This document shows positions 1 through 11,237 of a stretch of 64,000 nt of DNA, piece after piece. The position numbers and the translations under genes were made by a program. Every line of letters begins with the position of its first letter. Positions within the stretch are counted from its first letter, which is position 1. A model generated the notes under the pieces. The model made no database searches, was not told where the DNA came from, and saw only the letters and a list, made by a program, of their open reading frames with translations. Origin of the DNA: Candidatus Woesearchaeota archaeon (GTDB taxonomy: Archaea > Nanobdellota > Nanobdellia > Woesearchaeales > JABIAG01); the NCBI GenBank assembly GCA_018653365.1, contig JABIAG010000001.1, positions 698,231-762,230 of the forward strand, in the 5' to 3' direction.

Positions 1-36
1 ATAGTATTTTTAAATAAAGACTCATTCTAAATCCAA

Positions 37-1716
37 ATGTTAAAAGAAAAACAGTATCCTGAATTAATTCTGACTTTCACTCCAAATACAATAGAACATT
101 TAGGCGTGAGGATGTATTCAACAGCCCCCCCCGTAATTGCCGAATTGGTAGCAAATTCGTATGATGCGGATGCAACCGAAGTCCACATCCATTTAAAAGA
201 CAAGGTTAAAAAAGAAATTGTTATATCTGATAACGGCCACGGCATGTCTTTTCAAGACATTAATGACAAGTTTTTAAGAATTGGAAGAAATCGCAGAACT
301 GAAGAAGAAAGTCAAACATCCCCAAAAGGAAGAAAAGTAATTGGGAAAAAAGGATTAGGGAAATTATCTTTTTTTGGTATTGCTCAAGAAATCGAAGTCC
401 AGACAATAAAAGATGGAAAAAAGAATTCTTTTTTAATGCGCTGGACGGACATTACTAAAAAAGGTGATAAAACCAAACAAAGAGATTACGCCCCCACCAT
501 TTTAGAATTTGATGTTAAAAACAACAAACCAAGTGGAACATCAATAATTTTGAGGTCAATCAACAGAGTTAGTGATTTTGATGCGAATACACTTGCTAAC
601 AGTTTATCCAAAATATTCATAACTGAACCCGACTTTAAAATATATGTAAAACATAATGAAAATCCAGACATATTAATTGATAATAAACGAAAGTATTCCC
701 AACTAGAACCACAGGTCAAATGGAACATTCCAAAAGACATCGATCTTGAATCGCAGCATAATAACATTAAACTAATAAAAGGACAGTTACTTGCTACTAA
801 AAAACCAATATCCCCCAACACTCATCTTCGCGGCATAACCTTGTTTTCAAGAAAAAAGCTTGTAAATGCCCCAGAATACTTCTCCGACAGTACTTCAAGT
901 CACTTTTTTTCATATTTGACAGGTTGGCTCGAGGTCGATTTTATAGATGACCTTGAAGAAGACGTAATTGGAACTAACCGCCAATCCCTAAATTGGGGAA
1001 ATAAAGACATGATTGAGTTAAGAAAACAATTACAAGACTTGTTAAGATGGCTTGAAAAAGATTGGAGAAAAAAACGTTCAGAAATCCGAGAAGAAAACAT
1101 TGAAAAAACTACAGGAGTAAAAATCAGTGAATGGTTTGACAAGTTACCAAAAAAACTTCGGCAAAAAGTAAAACCCATCGTAGAATCAATTGTTAGAGAG
1201 TCTGAATTGCCAGATGAAGTGGGAACTCAAGCTGTAAAAAACTTTCATGAAATTGTTCCAGAATACCCCTTTTACCACTGGCGTAACTTACATCCTGAAG
1301 TAAGATTCAAATCTGAGAAGTATTATAAGACTAAGGACTATTATACCGCGTTATCTGAATGTGCAAAAAGATATCTAAATGCTGTAAAGGTTAAAACTTC
1401 ATCCCCCCTTATTGAGAGAAACCTACTGGAAAGTGTTTTTTCAATTAAAGATCCAATTTTGTCAGTAACTAATAAATTCAAAAAACCCGATGGAAAAGAG
1501 TTCGAATCAAAAACTATAGTTAACATTAATGAGGGTCATCGTATGCTGGCTATTGCTTTGTGGACCGCATTTAGGTGTCCTATCGCACACGAAGAAGTTG
1601 TTGATCTACGAAAATCAGGGTTGTTTACTGAAAAGGATTGTTTAGATGCTTTAAGCTTACTTTCTCATCTGTTTCATAGATTAGATGGATCTGAAGTTAT
1701 TACTAATTCTGAATAA
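37..1716 (+). CDS. GHKL (MORC/Hsp90-like) ATPase fused to C-terminal TIGR02391/HEPN-like domain; probable defence protein
   Basis: ELVANSYDADA, DNGHGMS, GKKGLGK and GT GHKL motifs; C-terminal 'FRCPIAH...DALSLLSHLFHRLD' with an Rx4H motif. Confidence 0.75.
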   Translation: MLKEKQYPELILTFTPNTIEHLGVRMYSTAPPVIAELVANSYDADATEVHIHLKDKVKKEIVISDNGHGMSFQDINDKFLRIGRNRRTEEESQTSPKGRKVIGKKGLGKLSFFGIAQEIEVQTIKDGKKNSFLMRWTDITKKGDKTKQRDYAPTILEFDVKNNKPSGTSIILRSINRVSDFDANTLANSLSKIFITEPDFKIYVKHNENPDILIDNKRKYSQLEPQVKWNIPKDIDLESQHNNIKLIKGQLLATKKPISPNTHLRGITLFSRKKLVNAPEYFSDSTSSHFFSYLTGWLEVDFIDDLEEDVIGTNRQSLNWGNKDMIELRKQLQDLLRWLEKDWRKKRSEIREENIEKTTGVKISEWFDKLPKKLRQKVKPIVESIVRESELPDEVGTQAVKNFHEIVPEYPFYHWRNLHPEVRFKSEKYYKTKDYYTALSECAKRYLNAVKVKTSSPLIERNLLESVFSIKDPILSVTNKFKKPDGKEFESKTIVNINEGHRMLAIALWTAFRCPIAHEEVVDLRKSGLFTEKDCLDALSLLSHLFHRLDGSEVITNSE

Positions 1717-1963
1717 GTTTTTGTTTAAACCTTTTGTAAAAATAACCAAAACCTTTACACAACATCACTACGCTTCGCTTTGTTCTGAGCATAAAGCTTT
1801 CTTTAAACAGGGTTTGCATAAGAAGTGTGAATTGCACATTAAGTGGTTAGGAAGATTGATAATGGAGAATTTTTGTAGTGATGACGGGTTTTTGTGCAAT
1901 CTTGTAGTGGAAGTTGCATAAAAAAACAAAAAGATTAAATAAACTAAATAAATATGTATTAAA

Positions 1964-2188
1964 ATGAAAAAAGCAATAATAACAATAATCCTGATTCTTA
2001 TTTTATTAATTAGCGCATACATTTACATTCAAACAACAAACCTTCAAGACTACCCCCCTGTTCGAGATTGCAAATCAAGAGGAGGAGAATGTGTTAGTGA
2101 AAACATAGGATGTGATGAAGGAATAGAAGAATATCCAAAAACTGTTTGTGAAAAAGAAGATAAAATATGTTGTCTTGTTAATGTTTAA
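1964..2188 (+). CDS. small membrane-anchored Cys-rich protein
   Basis: N-terminal hydrophobic helix, then C-x4-G-x-C...C...C...CC pattern. Confidence 0.6.
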   Translation: MKKAIITIILILILLISAYIYIQTTNLQDYPPVRDCKSRGGECVSENIGCDEGIEEYPKTVCEKEDKICCLVNV

Positions 2189-2278
2189 TTATTTCTGAAG
2201 TTATAATACTCCCACTCTTCGCTTCAAACTTGACATCCAATTCTCCTGGTAGAGTTTTTGTGCAAAGCCCAAATAACC

Positions 2279-2293
2279 AAAACCTTTATATAC
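2279..2293 (+). promoter_or_regulatory. BRE/TATA promoter of the grpE-dnaK-dnaJ operon
   Basis: AAAACCTTTATATA about 60 nt upstream of grpE; AGGTGGGA RBS before the ATG. Confidence 0.5.
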
Positions 2294-2350
2294 TAGCTTG
2301 GTTTAGTGTAGTTGTTGTTGAGTTAAAGTCAACGCGTAAAAGGTGGGAAT

Positions 2351-2860
2351 ATGGATAAAAAAGCAGAAATCAAAGAAGCAGTAAAGAAATGCAAAACAGA
2401 AAAAAAAGAACTAAAGAAAGAAGTAAAGAGTGAAAAAGTACAAATCTCTGAACTAACAATACTACTCCAAAGAACACAAGCAGACTTTGAAAACTTCAGA
2501 AAGCGAGCAGAAGTAGCAAAAAAAGAACTAACATACTATTTTAAAAAAGAAATAATCACAAGTTTACTACCAACTCTAGACATGTTCAACCTAGCCCTAA
2601 AACACACAGAAAACAAAGACGAATTCATAAAAGGAATGGAGATGATATACGCCCAATTCCTAGCAACCCTAGAAAACGAAGGATTAGAGCCGATCAAGGA
2701 CATTAAGGTTTTTGATGCTGAACTACACGAAGCCATAATGGCAGAAGAATCAGACCAAAAAGACGGAACCATACTAGAAGAATTACAAAAAGGATACAAA
2801 ATCAATGGAAAAGTAGTAAGATGTTCACGAGTAAAGGTATCACAAAAGAATGCAAAATAA
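2351..2860 (+). CDS. grpE: nucleotide exchange factor GrpE
   Basis: QADFENFRKR, FDAELHEAI, QKGYKINGKVVR motifs; next to dnaK. Confidence 0.95.
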   Translation: MDKKAEIKEAVKKCKTEKKELKKEVKSEKVQISELTILLQRTQADFENFRKRAEVAKKELTYYFKKEIITSLLPTLDMFNLALKHTENKDEFIKGMEMIYAQFLATLENEGLEPIKDIKVFDAELHEAIMAEESDQKDGTILEELQKGYKINGKVVRCSRVKVSQKNAK

Positions 2861-3215
2861 ATTCATATGCGAAGATTGTGGAAAATGTTGCTTAATGGGA
2901 AGTGGATTCCTAGCAGGTAATGACAAAAAATTAATCGCAAAGTTCCTCAAGATAAGCGAGGAACAATTAGAAAAATCACATTTAGAAAAAGTGGATATGA
3001 ACGGTGTGGAAGCATGGAGACCAAAATTCAAAAAACCATTTGGACCATGCACATTTTACAAAGAAGAGGTTCACTGCATCATACACCCCGTAAAGCCTGA
3101 GTTATGCCGACTTGCAAACTGCAAACATGACGCAACTCAGGAATTTTACAAAAAATATTATCAAAAAGAACAAAAAGAGCTATGGAAGATAGCAGAAGAA
3201 ATCGGAGGAAAATAA
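2850..3215 (+). CDS. YkgJ-family (CxxCxxCC) cysteine cluster protein
   Basis: CEDCGKCC ... CTF ... C-x-IH-x2-KP-x2-CR. Confidence 0.85.
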   Translation: MQNKFICEDCGKCCLMGSGFLAGNDKKLIAKFLKISEEQLEKSHLEKVDMNGVEAWRPKFKKPFGPCTFYKEEVHCIIHPVKPELCRLANCKHDATQEFYKKYYQKEQKELWKIAEEIGGK

Positions 3216-3216
3216 A

Positions 3217-5079
3217 ATGACAGATAAAAAAGAAGAAGTTAAAGGAAGAACAATCGGAATAGATTTAGGTACAACATTCTCAGCAGTAGCAGTAATGGAA
3301 GGTGGAAAAGCAACCATAATCCCAAATGCAGAAGGAGAAAGAACAACCCCCTCAGTAGTACTAATTAAAGGCGGAGAAAGAATAGTTGGAAAGTTAGCAA
3401 AAAACCAAGCAGTAACCAACCCACAACACACAATCAGATCCATCAAAAGAAAAATGGGAACTGACGAAAAAGTAACTGTTGATGGAAAAGACTACTCCTC
3501 ACAAGAAATCTCAGCAATAATTTTACAAAAACTAAAAACAGACGCTGAAGCCTACTTGGGAGGACAAGTAGACAATGCAGTAATCACAGTACCCGCATAC
3601 TTTAACGACGCACAAAGACAAGCAACAAAAGACGCAGGAAAAGTAGCAGGACTAAACGTTTTAAGAATAGTAAACGAACCAACCGCAGCATCACTAGCAT
3701 ACGGAATGGACAAAAGCAACGACCACACCGTACTAGTATTTGATTTCGGAGGCGGAACATTTGATGTAAGTGTAATGGAATTGGGGGATGGAGTATTCGA
3801 AGTTAAATCCACTAGTGGAAATAACAAACTAGGAGGAGATGACATTGACGAAATAATTATAGACTTTTTAGCAGACAAATTCAAAACCGAACAAGGAATT
3901 GATCTAAAAAGCGATGCACAAGCATTACAAAGACTAAAAGAAGCAGCAGAAAACGCAAAAAGAGAACTAAGTACTTCTCAACAAACAACAATAAACATAC
4001 CCTTTGTAACATCTGACGCAAACGGACCAAAACACTTAAACGTTGATCTAACAAGAGCTAAGTTCGAAGAATTAATATCAGACATCTTAGACAAACTAAA
4101 AGGACCAACAGAACAAGCACTAAAAGACTCCGGAGTAAAAGAAGTAGACAAAGTATTACTAGTTGGAGGATCAACAAGAATTCCATCCGTACAAGCACTA
4201 GTAAAAGATCTAACCAACAAAGAGGGAGATAAAAGTGTTAATCCAGATGAGGCAGTAGCATTAGGTGCTGCAATACAAGCAGGAATTTTAGGTGGAGATG
4301 TAAAAGATGTTTTATTACTCGATGTAACACCACTATCACTGGGAATAGAAACCCTGGGTGGAGTAGCTACTAAGTTAATAGAAAGAAACACTACCATACC
4401 TACTAAGAAAAGCCAGGTGTTCTCAACCGCAGCAGACAATCAACCAGAAGTAACCATAAATGTACTTCAGGGTGAAAGAGCAATGGCAACTGACAACAAA
4501 ACACTAGGAACATTCAACCTAGATGGAATACCGCCAGCTCCAAGAGGAGTACCACAAATTGAGGTAACCTTCGACATTGATGCAAACGGCATTGTAAACG
4601 TATCTGCAAAAGATTTAGGAACCAAAAAAGAACAAAAAATAACCGTAACCGGAAGTTCTAACCTAAAAGACGAAGATATTGAAAAAATGCAGAAAGACGC
4701 AGAAGCACACGCAGAAGAAGATAAGAAAAATCTAGAAAAGATCAACACTCTAAACGAAGCTGAAAGCCTAGTTGCACAATACGAAAAAACCATAAAAGAT
4801 ATGGGAGACAAAGTTGACAAGAAACAACTAGAACCTATTAAGAAAGATATTGAATCCTTAAAAGAATTGCTGAAAGACAAAGAAAAAAATTATGAAGCAA
4901 TCAAAAAGAAAAAGGAAGAAGTAACTGAAAAGTTCAATAAGGTTGCGCAAGAAATGTACTCCAAAGTCAACGAAGAACAAGCAGCAAAAAGCAAAGAAGA
5001 CAAAAAAGACGAAAAAGTTGTTGATGCTGAAGTTGTTGACGAGAAAGACAAAAGCGAAAAGGATAAAAAGAAAGAGTGA
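3217..5079 (+). CDS. dnaK: chaperone DnaK (Hsp70)
   Basis: [35 protein letters not shown]. Confidence 0.99.
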   Translation: MTDKKEEVKGRTIGIDLGTTFSAVAVMEGGKATIIPNAEGERTTPSVVLIKGGERIVGKLAKNQAVTNPQHTIRSIKRKMGTDEKVTVDGKDYSSQEISAIILQKLKTDAEAYLGGQVDNAVITVPAYFNDAQRQATKDAGKVAGLNVLRIVNEPTAASLAYGMDKSNDHTVLVFDFGGGTFDVSVMELGDGVFEVKSTSGNNKLGGDDIDEIIIDFLADKFKTEQGIDLKSDAQALQRLKEAAENAKRELSTSQQTTINIPFVTSDANGPKHLNVDLTRAKFEELISDILDKLKGPTEQALKDSGVKEVDKVLLVGGSTRIPSVQALVKDLTNKEGDKSVNPDEAVALGAAIQAGILGGDVKDVLLLDVTPLSLGIETLGGVATKLIERNTTIPTKKSQVFSTAADNQPEVTINVLQGERAMATDNKTLGTFNLDGIPPAPRGVPQIEVTFDIDANGIVNVSAKDLGTKKEQKITVTGSSNLKDEDIEKMQKDAEAHAEEDKKNLEKINTLNEAESLVAQYEKTIKDMGDKVDKKQLEPIKKDIESLKELLKDKEKNYEAIKKKKEEVTEKFNKVAQEMYSKVNEEQAAKSKEDKKDEKVVDAEVVDEKDKSEKDKKKE

Positions 5080-5091
5080 GTCTAGCTTAGA

Positions 5092-5259
5092 ATGGAGTTC
5101 GACATAAGCTGGATATTTTTTTTACTTATTTTAATATATTTCCTAAGTAAACTCTGGAAAGATACAAAAGTAAGCAGAAAAATGAAAAAACACTTCCAGT
5201 GGGAACTTAACGAAGTACTCACTAATGAAAAACACAAAGTAAAAGGCAAACATGACTAA
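5092..5259 (+). CDS. small single-TM protein (55 aa, below the ORF track cutoff)
   Basis: Manual translation [55 protein letters not shown]; fills the dnaK-dnaJ gap and overlaps the dnaJ start. Confidence 0.7.
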   Translation: MEFDISWIFFLLILIYFLSKLWKDTKVSRKMKKHFQWELNEVLTNEKHKVKGKHD

Positions 5260-6313
5260 CGATTACTACGAAACACTAGGAATAGAAAAAGGTGCAAGTA
5301 AAGAAGAGATCAAAAAAGCATATAAGACACTAGCTAAAAAATATCATCCAGACATAAACAAAGAATCAGGTTCTGAAGAAAAATTTAAAGAAATAAACGA
5401 AGCAGCTGCCGTACTAGGTGATGATGCAAAAAGAGAACAATATGATCGCTTCGGAACAGCAGACAATACTGGCCAAGGATTTGGAGGAGGATTTGACTTC
5501 GGAGGAATGGATTTCGGAGATATCTTCGACCAAGTATTCAGCGGATTCGGAGGCGGATTTGGCGGAAGAAAAAAACAACCCCGAAGAGGATCAGACTTAC
5601 GATACGATATTGAAATCAGTTTAGAAGAAGCAGCCGAAGGAATGGAAAAAGAAGTTACAATACCAAAACTAGACACCTGCGACCAATGTAGCGGAACAGG
5701 CGCAGATGAAGACAGCCAAGTAAAAACTTGTTCAGAATGTGGTGGAAGTGGAGTAACAAACAAACAGCAAAGAACACCCTTTGGAATAGTAAACATGCAA
5801 ACAAGTTGTAGAAAATGTCACGGTGAAGGCGAAACCATAGAAAAACCATGCATAGAATGCCACGGAACTGGAAGAAGAGAAGTAAACAAAAAAGTAACCA
5901 TAAAAATACCTCCTGGCGTAGACAATGGAAACAGACTAAGAGTACACGGTGAAGGAGAAGCCGGAGAAAAAGGAGCAGAAACCGGAGACCTATACATATT
6001 CATTACAGTTAAAGAACACAAACAATTCAACAGAGAGGGATATGATATTAACATAGAAATACCAATAAGATTTGGGCTAGCAACATTAGGAGGGGAAGTA
6101 GAAGTACCAACCCTAACTGGAGAAGCAACCCTAAAAATACCTGCAGGAACACAATCAGAAACAGTATTCAAAATGAAAGGAAAAGGAATACCTCATCTAA
6201 ACGGATACGGAACAGGAAGCGAAAACGTAAAAGTAACCGTACAAGTACCCAAAAAACTAAACAAAAAACAAAAGAAATTATTAGAAGATTTTGAAAAGAG
6301 TATAAAGAAGTAA
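5252..6313 (+). CDS. dnaJ: chaperone DnaJ
   Basis: HPD J-domain, G/F region, four CxxCxGxG repeats. Confidence 0.99.
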   Translation: MTNDYYETLGIEKGASKEEIKKAYKTLAKKYHPDINKESGSEEKFKEINEAAAVLGDDAKREQYDRFGTADNTGQGFGGGFDFGGMDFGDIFDQVFSGFGGGFGGRKKQPRRGSDLRYDIEISLEEAAEGMEKEVTIPKLDTCDQCSGTGADEDSQVKTCSECGGSGVTNKQQRTPFGIVNMQTSCRKCHGEGETIEKPCIECHGTGRREVNKKVTIKIPPGVDNGNRLRVHGEGEAGEKGAETGDLYIFITVKEHKQFNREGYDINIEIPIRFGLATLGGEVEVPTLTGEATLKIPAGTQSETVFKMKGKGIPHLNGYGTGSENVKVTVQVPKKLNKKQKKLLEDFEKSIKK

Positions 6314-6346
6314 TCTTTAAATAAACTAATATGTTCTAAACAAATT

Positions 6347-6766
6347 ATGAAAGAAAAACAACCTCCAATCTTAAGAAGAATCTTAACAATACTAGCAACA
6401 GCAGTAGCAAATGCAAACAAGTGTTATTCGGAAGCAATAAGTCGTACTTCAGATGGAGCAGGCAATCCAATTCTACCCGATGGCCCAATGTCACAAGATC
6501 CATACCCTGCAGACCCAATGGAAAGAGTATGCGGATACATACGCCCACTTGCAAGAAGTATGCCCACACTAGAAGGCCCAATAAGAGTAAGTGTATACGG
6601 ACACAGAACACCCTCAACCAATACTGGAAACACAGAACAAAGCATAGCAAGATTTCAAAAACAGGTAACTCGAGACCGACTCCCAAATAGTTTTGGCGGC
6701 GATGTGGTGCGAGCTTTTCATGGTGCAAACGAAGATATATGTGCAGAAGAAGAATCGCAAGAGTAA
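6347..6766 (+). CDS. hypothetical protein
   Basis: ORF with host plus-strand codon bias and an upstream TTTAAATA box. Confidence 0.5.
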   Translation: MKEKQPPILRRILTILATAVANANKCYSEAISRTSDGAGNPILPDGPMSQDPYPADPMERVCGYIRPLARSMPTLEGPIRVSVYGHRTPSTNTGNTEQSIARFQKQVTRDRLPNSFGGDVVRAFHGANEDICAEEESQE

Positions 6767-6820
6767 TTCTCCATTGATTATATAAATAAATTTCTAAATA
6801 AAAGACCAACCCAAGTAATG

Positions 6821-6840
6821 TAACTACTTAACAGTAGTTA
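6821..6840. promoter_or_regulatory. perfect inverted repeat TAACTACT-N4-AGTAGTTA upstream of a TATA box (operator candidate)
   Basis: 8-bp arms just upstream of TTTATATA at ~6853. Confidence 0.4.
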
Positions 6841-6882
6841 ATAAACACAACATTTATATATTAGAACTTGCTTCTCGTGCAT

Positions 6883-7950
6883 ATGGCAAGAAGATCTGTT
6901 ATGAGAAGCGCATATAACATAGGTAAAATTCTAGGCCTATCTTCAATATTAGCAGTCTTATTAGACGCATACAGAATAAGAAACCGACCAAATATAGACT
7001 TCTCACTAGAAACACACAACAAACACGCACTTGAACCCACCAATCCTGTAACCCAAAAAGAAAGAGGAACAAAATATGCAATACTAATAACCGGAGACAG
7101 AGATATTGGACCAGGAAAAATACAAACTGCTCAAGATGCACAAGAACTAGTATTCTTTATCAACACAGCATTTGCATATCAAGCACTAGAACGAAGAGGA
7201 GTTGAAAGAAAAAACATGCATTTATTCTCATCCTCAGGTACCACCAGCCCAATGATCGAGGGCCCAACCAGAGTGGAAAACATCCTAAAAAGCTTAAGAC
7301 ACATGGCAAAAAAATCAAAACCAGGAGACACACTACTCATCCAATACTCCGGACATGGTGATTTAGAAAAAGAAACTAAAAGACCATACATGCACCTCCC
7401 CACACCTTCAAGCCCTTTATCACAAAGACTCTACGTCGAGGACCTAACAGACATAATAAAAGATTCGCAATTTGATTACGTTGTTGCAATGTTTGGGTGC
7501 TGCTATGGTGGAAACATGGCAAAAAGGGCAGGAAGAAACAACATAATCGGCATCTCCCCCTCCGCAGAGGGAAAACTCGGTTATTCCAGACTGACCCTTG
7601 AACAAATTAATACAACCTTCATAACCAACTTCTTAAACGCGCTAGGTGGAGAGACCATGGATGGACAACCAGTAAACGCAGATAGAAACCAGGATGGCAG
7701 AGTAACACTAGAGGAAATGTTTGATCATGGAGTTGAACAAAGCCCATTCACAGCAAAAGAAAGGATAAAAAGAGATTTTAAAAAACGAAACATAATGGGA
7801 AAATTTTTCTTACACCACTACTTCCAGGAAGGAGAAAGACCTCAACTCATATACCAAAACGCAAACCCCTCAGAATTATCCTTGCCTGAAGAAAGAAGAA
7901 AAGGAATGCTAAAAAAAGCATATGGTTGGGTTAGAAACAAATTTAGATAA
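6883..7950 (+). CDS. caspase/legumain (C13/C14)-fold cysteine peptidase with N-terminal TM and EF-hand-like loop
   Basis: KYAILITG, YSGHG (His), GCCYGG (Cys), DRNQDGRVTLEE; start uncertain (6868/6883/6901). Confidence 0.7.
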   Translation: MARRSVMRSAYNIGKILGLSSILAVLLDAYRIRNRPNIDFSLETHNKHALEPTNPVTQKERGTKYAILITGDRDIGPGKIQTAQDAQELVFFINTAFAYQALERRGVERKNMHLFSSSGTTSPMIEGPTRVENILKSLRHMAKKSKPGDTLLIQYSGHGDLEKETKRPYMHLPTPSSPLSQRLYVEDLTDIIKDSQFDYVVAMFGCCYGGNMAKRAGRNNIIGISPSAEGKLGYSRLTLEQINTTFITNFLNALGGETMDGQPVNADRNQDGRVTLEEMFDHGVEQSPFTAKERIKRDFKKRNIMGKFFLHHYFQEGERPQLIYQNANPSELSLPEERRKGMLKKAYGWVRNKFR

Positions 7951-7988
7951 GGGAAGAATTAATAAAGACCCAAGTTATTTCTTAAGTT

Positions 7989-8321
7989 ATGGTACAATAT
8001 AAACAAAAATGCACAAGATGCAGAAAAAATTATGTTCTAGTAAAATCATGGAAAGATCGTTACCCAGTATGTTATGATTGTGATAAAAAAGAAATGGATA
8101 CAGAAATCACAGATCCAAAAATGAAAAGGATGTTCAACATACCAGAAGAACTATACAAAAAGAGTAAATTCCTAAGAAGCATAAAGATTAATCACATTAG
8201 ATACGGTGAATTAACTCCCAATCAAATAAAAACATTCAAGAAAACAGTTAAGGACCTAAAAAACCCACAACCTGAAGAAAAAGAAGAAAAGAAGAAACCA
8301 AAACCCAAAAAGAAAAAATGA
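7989..8321 (+). CDS. Zn-ribbon hypothetical protein
   Basis: CTRC ... CYDC. Confidence 0.7.
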   Translation: MVQYKQKCTRCRKNYVLVKSWKDRYPVCYDCDKKEMDTEITDPKMKRMFNIPEELYKKSKFLRSIKINHIRYGELTPNQIKTFKKTVKDLKNPQPEEKEEKKKPKPKKKK

Positions 8322-8821
8322 ACAAAACAATAGCAACAGTGCTGTTTATTCTAATATTTTTAATAACTTTTGAACTCATAGCAATATCAATGTCAGGCAT
8401 AAGTGACTTCTTCAAAACTGGAGAAACCGAAATAGAAATGAGTGAAGACGAACTACGCCACATGCAATCTGTAAAGAATGTCAATGACGGCGTAAAAATA
8501 ACAATCTACGCATTAATAATTGTACTAGGAATATTACTTTATCGTACAAACTTTGAATTTTACAAAATATTTTACAATATGTGGATACCTTTAGCAGTAT
8601 TTTTAGCTATTTGTGCCTTTGCATCCATATTCCCAAACTTTTCCTTTGAATTACTACATAAAATCTTTTTTCCACAAGGAAATTATACATTTCCAACAGG
8701 AACTACACTTGTAACAATGTACCCATTTAGCTTTTTCAAAAGTTTATTCCTTCGCGTCTTTACAACAACAACTATCCTCTCGGGAATATTGGTGTTGATT
8801 GGCTATTATAGAAAACAATAG
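8318..8821 (+). CDS. DUF1461/TIGR01906-like integral membrane protein
   Basis: ELRHMQSVK, FELLHKIFFPQGNYTF...LVTMYP. Confidence 0.75.
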   Translation: MNKTIATVLFILIFLITFELIAISMSGISDFFKTGETEIEMSEDELRHMQSVKNVNDGVKITIYALIIVLGILLYRTNFEFYKIFYNMWIPLAVFLAICAFASIFPNFSFELLHKIFFPQGNYTFPTGTTLVTMYPFSFFKSLFLRVFTTTTILSGILVLIGYYRKQ

Positions 8822-8867
8822 TTCACGCACAATAATGTTTAAATATGTTTTTTCTGAAGAATAGTTA

Positions 8868-9698
8868 ATGGAGGCAAAAATGAAACAACTAATATTTATC
8901 GTGTTTATAACCAGCTTATTATTCTTAGTAGCGTGTGGAACAGAAACCATACAAGAAACCTGCAACATAGTAACCGGAGAGTGTAGCGGAGAAGAAGTAG
9001 AACTAACAGACGCAGAACAAAACTGCAAAGATAATCAAGGATTCCTAGATAAAAGAGAGAGTGAAACATATTGCATATTTAATGACGGAACTGAGTGCAA
9101 AGTAGAAGAATGCGACTTTGAAAAAGAAGAAGAAACTACTGAGGTTGAAGAAGAAGTTGAAACAACTCCAACAGAATACACAACCCAAATAAGAGTAAAA
9201 GAGGGTGAAAAAGTTAAAGTTAACGTTGAAGCAACAGATGCAGACGGTGACAAACTAACATACAAATTTGATGCACCACTAAATAATAACGGAGAATGGC
9301 AAACAAAAGAGGGAGATGAAGGAAATTATGAAGTTGAAGTAATCGTAAGTGATGGAGAAGCAGAAGCAAAAAGTGTAATACTAGTAATGGTAGAAGCACT
9401 AAATAAAGCTCCAACACTAGAGGTGAAAGGAAATCTAGAAGTTAACGAAGGAGAAGAAGTAATTCTAGAAATAATTACCTCAGACAATGAAGATGATGAA
9501 GTAATAATAACTGTATTCAACCCAAAATTCATACAAGAGGGGAAGGTATTTACCTGGAAAACAGGATTTAATGATGCAGGAGAGTATGATATTAAAGTTG
9601 AAGCAAGCGATGGGAAAAGTGGAGTATCAGAAACAATAACAGTAATTGTTAAAGATAAAAACAGAGCTCCAGTAATAACCCAAATAACACAAGAATAA
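8868..9698 (+). CDS. lipoprotein with DUF333-like Cys domain and two Ig/cadherin-like repeats
   Basis: LVAC lipobox; YCIFNDGTEC; DADGDKLTY, NKAP/NRAP, SDG motifs. Confidence 0.75.
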   Translation: MEAKMKQLIFIVFITSLLFLVACGTETIQETCNIVTGECSGEEVELTDAEQNCKDNQGFLDKRESETYCIFNDGTECKVEECDFEKEEETTEVEEEVETTPTEYTTQIRVKEGEKVKVNVEATDADGDKLTYKFDAPLNNNGEWQTKEGDEGNYEVEVIVSDGEAEAKSVILVMVEALNKAPTLEVKGNLEVNEGEEVILEIITSDNEDDEVIITVFNPKFIQEGKVFTWKTGFNDAGEYDIKVEASDGKSGVSETITVIVKDKNRAPVITQITQE

Positions 9699-9713
9699 TT
9701 TATTTTTTTCTTT

Positions 9714-10352
9714 TTACATTCTATCTTTGTAAGGAACTTCAAAACCTAAAAGAAACTGTTTAGCAGCATCCTTACCTGCAACAAAACCCGAATACACACA
9801 TAAAGCTCTATAAGCATGCTTTAACTCTCCACCCAAAGATTCCGGGGAAAGAGAATCCAGATCTCTAAATGTTCTTATTCTTTCAACAAAATCATCAACG
9901 GGTTCAACAATATCAGTACGCTCAAGAGTGCCCATCCGCTCAATAAAATGCGCAACGTCTGAAGGATCATTCACAACCAAAAGAGCATCCAGAACAGCAA
10001 GATGATTACGCGTACTAAAATAAGGTTTAACCTGCCCACAAGAATATGTTTCATCATGAAGTAAACGTGGAGCATTAAGATAAACAGCAAGAATAATAAT
10101 TTCAGCCTCTGCAATACGCGGATCTGCACGACTACCAATTTGAGCATCGACCCATGCAAGCTCTTTAGCCACAACAGCAGCATTTACTTTAATCTCATCA
10201 GCAGAAACCGGGAAACGTCTAGGAATATACCACTCATCCGAAGGATCATGAAGCCAATCTTGTACTGTTTCTTGATCTTCATCAGAAGGAACAACACATC
10301 TTACTCCAAACTCATCATGAACAATTTCCAAACCATCTCTAGTTAGCGTCAT
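9714..10352 (-). CDS. hypothetical protein
   Basis: 212-aa ORF with host minus-strand codon bias. Confidence 0.6.
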   Translation of the reverse strand: MTLTRDGLEIVHDEFGVRCVVPSDEDQETVQDWLHDPSDEWYIPRRFPVSADEIKVNAAVVAKELAWVDAQIGSRADPRIAEAEIIILAVYLNAPRLLHDETYSCGQVKPYFSTRNHLAVLDALLVVNDPSDVAHFIERMGTLERTDIVEPVDDFVERIRTFRDLDSLSPESLGGELKHAYRALCVYSGFVAGKDAAKQFLLGFEVPYKDRM

Positions 10353-10385
10353 TAATAGAAAGTAATATTAAATTATTTAAAAGTA

Positions 10386-11237
10386 TTATTGTTCTTTATT
10401 TAACCAGGCCCAATCAGCATCAATCTTATCCTGAAGCATCTGGATTTGTTCTTTAGAAATATTCTTAAACCTACCTTGAATTTTAACAAACTCTTCAACA
10501 GGAACTTTAGTTTCAGGAACGTAATTAATCTTGGTCTTACCATTCTCAATCTCAAAAGAGGACCAAAAACATGTATCTGCAGCAAGTTGAACAACCTTTC
10601 TTAAATTAATAGGCTCAACTCTCCAAAAACGTGGACAGGCAGTAAGAACGTTAACCAAAGCAGGTCCTTTAACCTCTAAAGCCTTTTTCAATTTCATCTT
10701 TAAATCTTCTAAATCAAAAGTAGAGGCCTGAGCAACATAAGGAATATTATGAGCAGCAGCAATCTTAGTAAGATCTTTTCTAAATCTTGTTTTACCTGCA
10801 GGAGTAGTAGAAGTTGAAGAACCTAAAGGAGAGGCAGAACTTCGCTGACCACCAGTATTCATATATCCCCCATTATCCAAAACAACATAAACAAAATTAT
10901 GACCTCGTTCTAGAGCACCAGAAAGAGCCTGTAACCCAATATCATACGTTCCACCATCACCAGCAAAAACAACAAACTTGACATCTTCCTTCATACCCTT
11001 CTTTTTCAAAACATTATAAGCAATTTCCATACCAGAAATTGTAGCAGCAGAATTACCAAAAGCAGAATGAATTGTAGGAATTGGCCACGCAGTATTTGGA
11101 TATTTTGTAGAAGCAACCTCTAAACAACCAGTAGCAATCGATGCAACAACGTGTTCAGCAGAATCAATTACTAACTTCGCAACCAAAGGTGCAACACACC
11201 CAGTACAAGTATTCAAATTTTCATGCTTTAACGTCAT
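10386..11237 (-). CDS. porB: pyruvate:ferredoxin oxidoreductase beta subunit
   Basis: CTGC, ATGCLEV, GDGGTYDIG (TPP motif), YMNTGGQRS. Confidence 0.93.
   Translation of the reverse strand: MTLKHENLNTCTGCVAPLVAKLVIDSAEHVVASIATGCLEVASTKYPNTAWPIPTIHSAFGNSAATISGMEIAYNVLKKKGMKEDVKFVVFAGDGGTYDIGLQALSGALERGHNFVYVVLDNGGYMNTGGQRSSASPLGSSTSTTPAGKTRFRKDLTKIAAAHNIPYVAQASTFDLEDLKMKLKKALEVKGPALVNVLTACPRFWRVEPINLRKVVQLAADTCFWSSFEIENGKTKINYVPETKVPVEEFVKIQGRFKNISKEQIQMLQDKIDADWAWLNKEQ

Noticed and set aside
3552-6171. Long antisense ORFs over dnaK/dnaJ (and similar ones elsewhere, e.g. 43106..43813)
   Set aside because: Shadow frames caused by the strong codon bias of the real genes.
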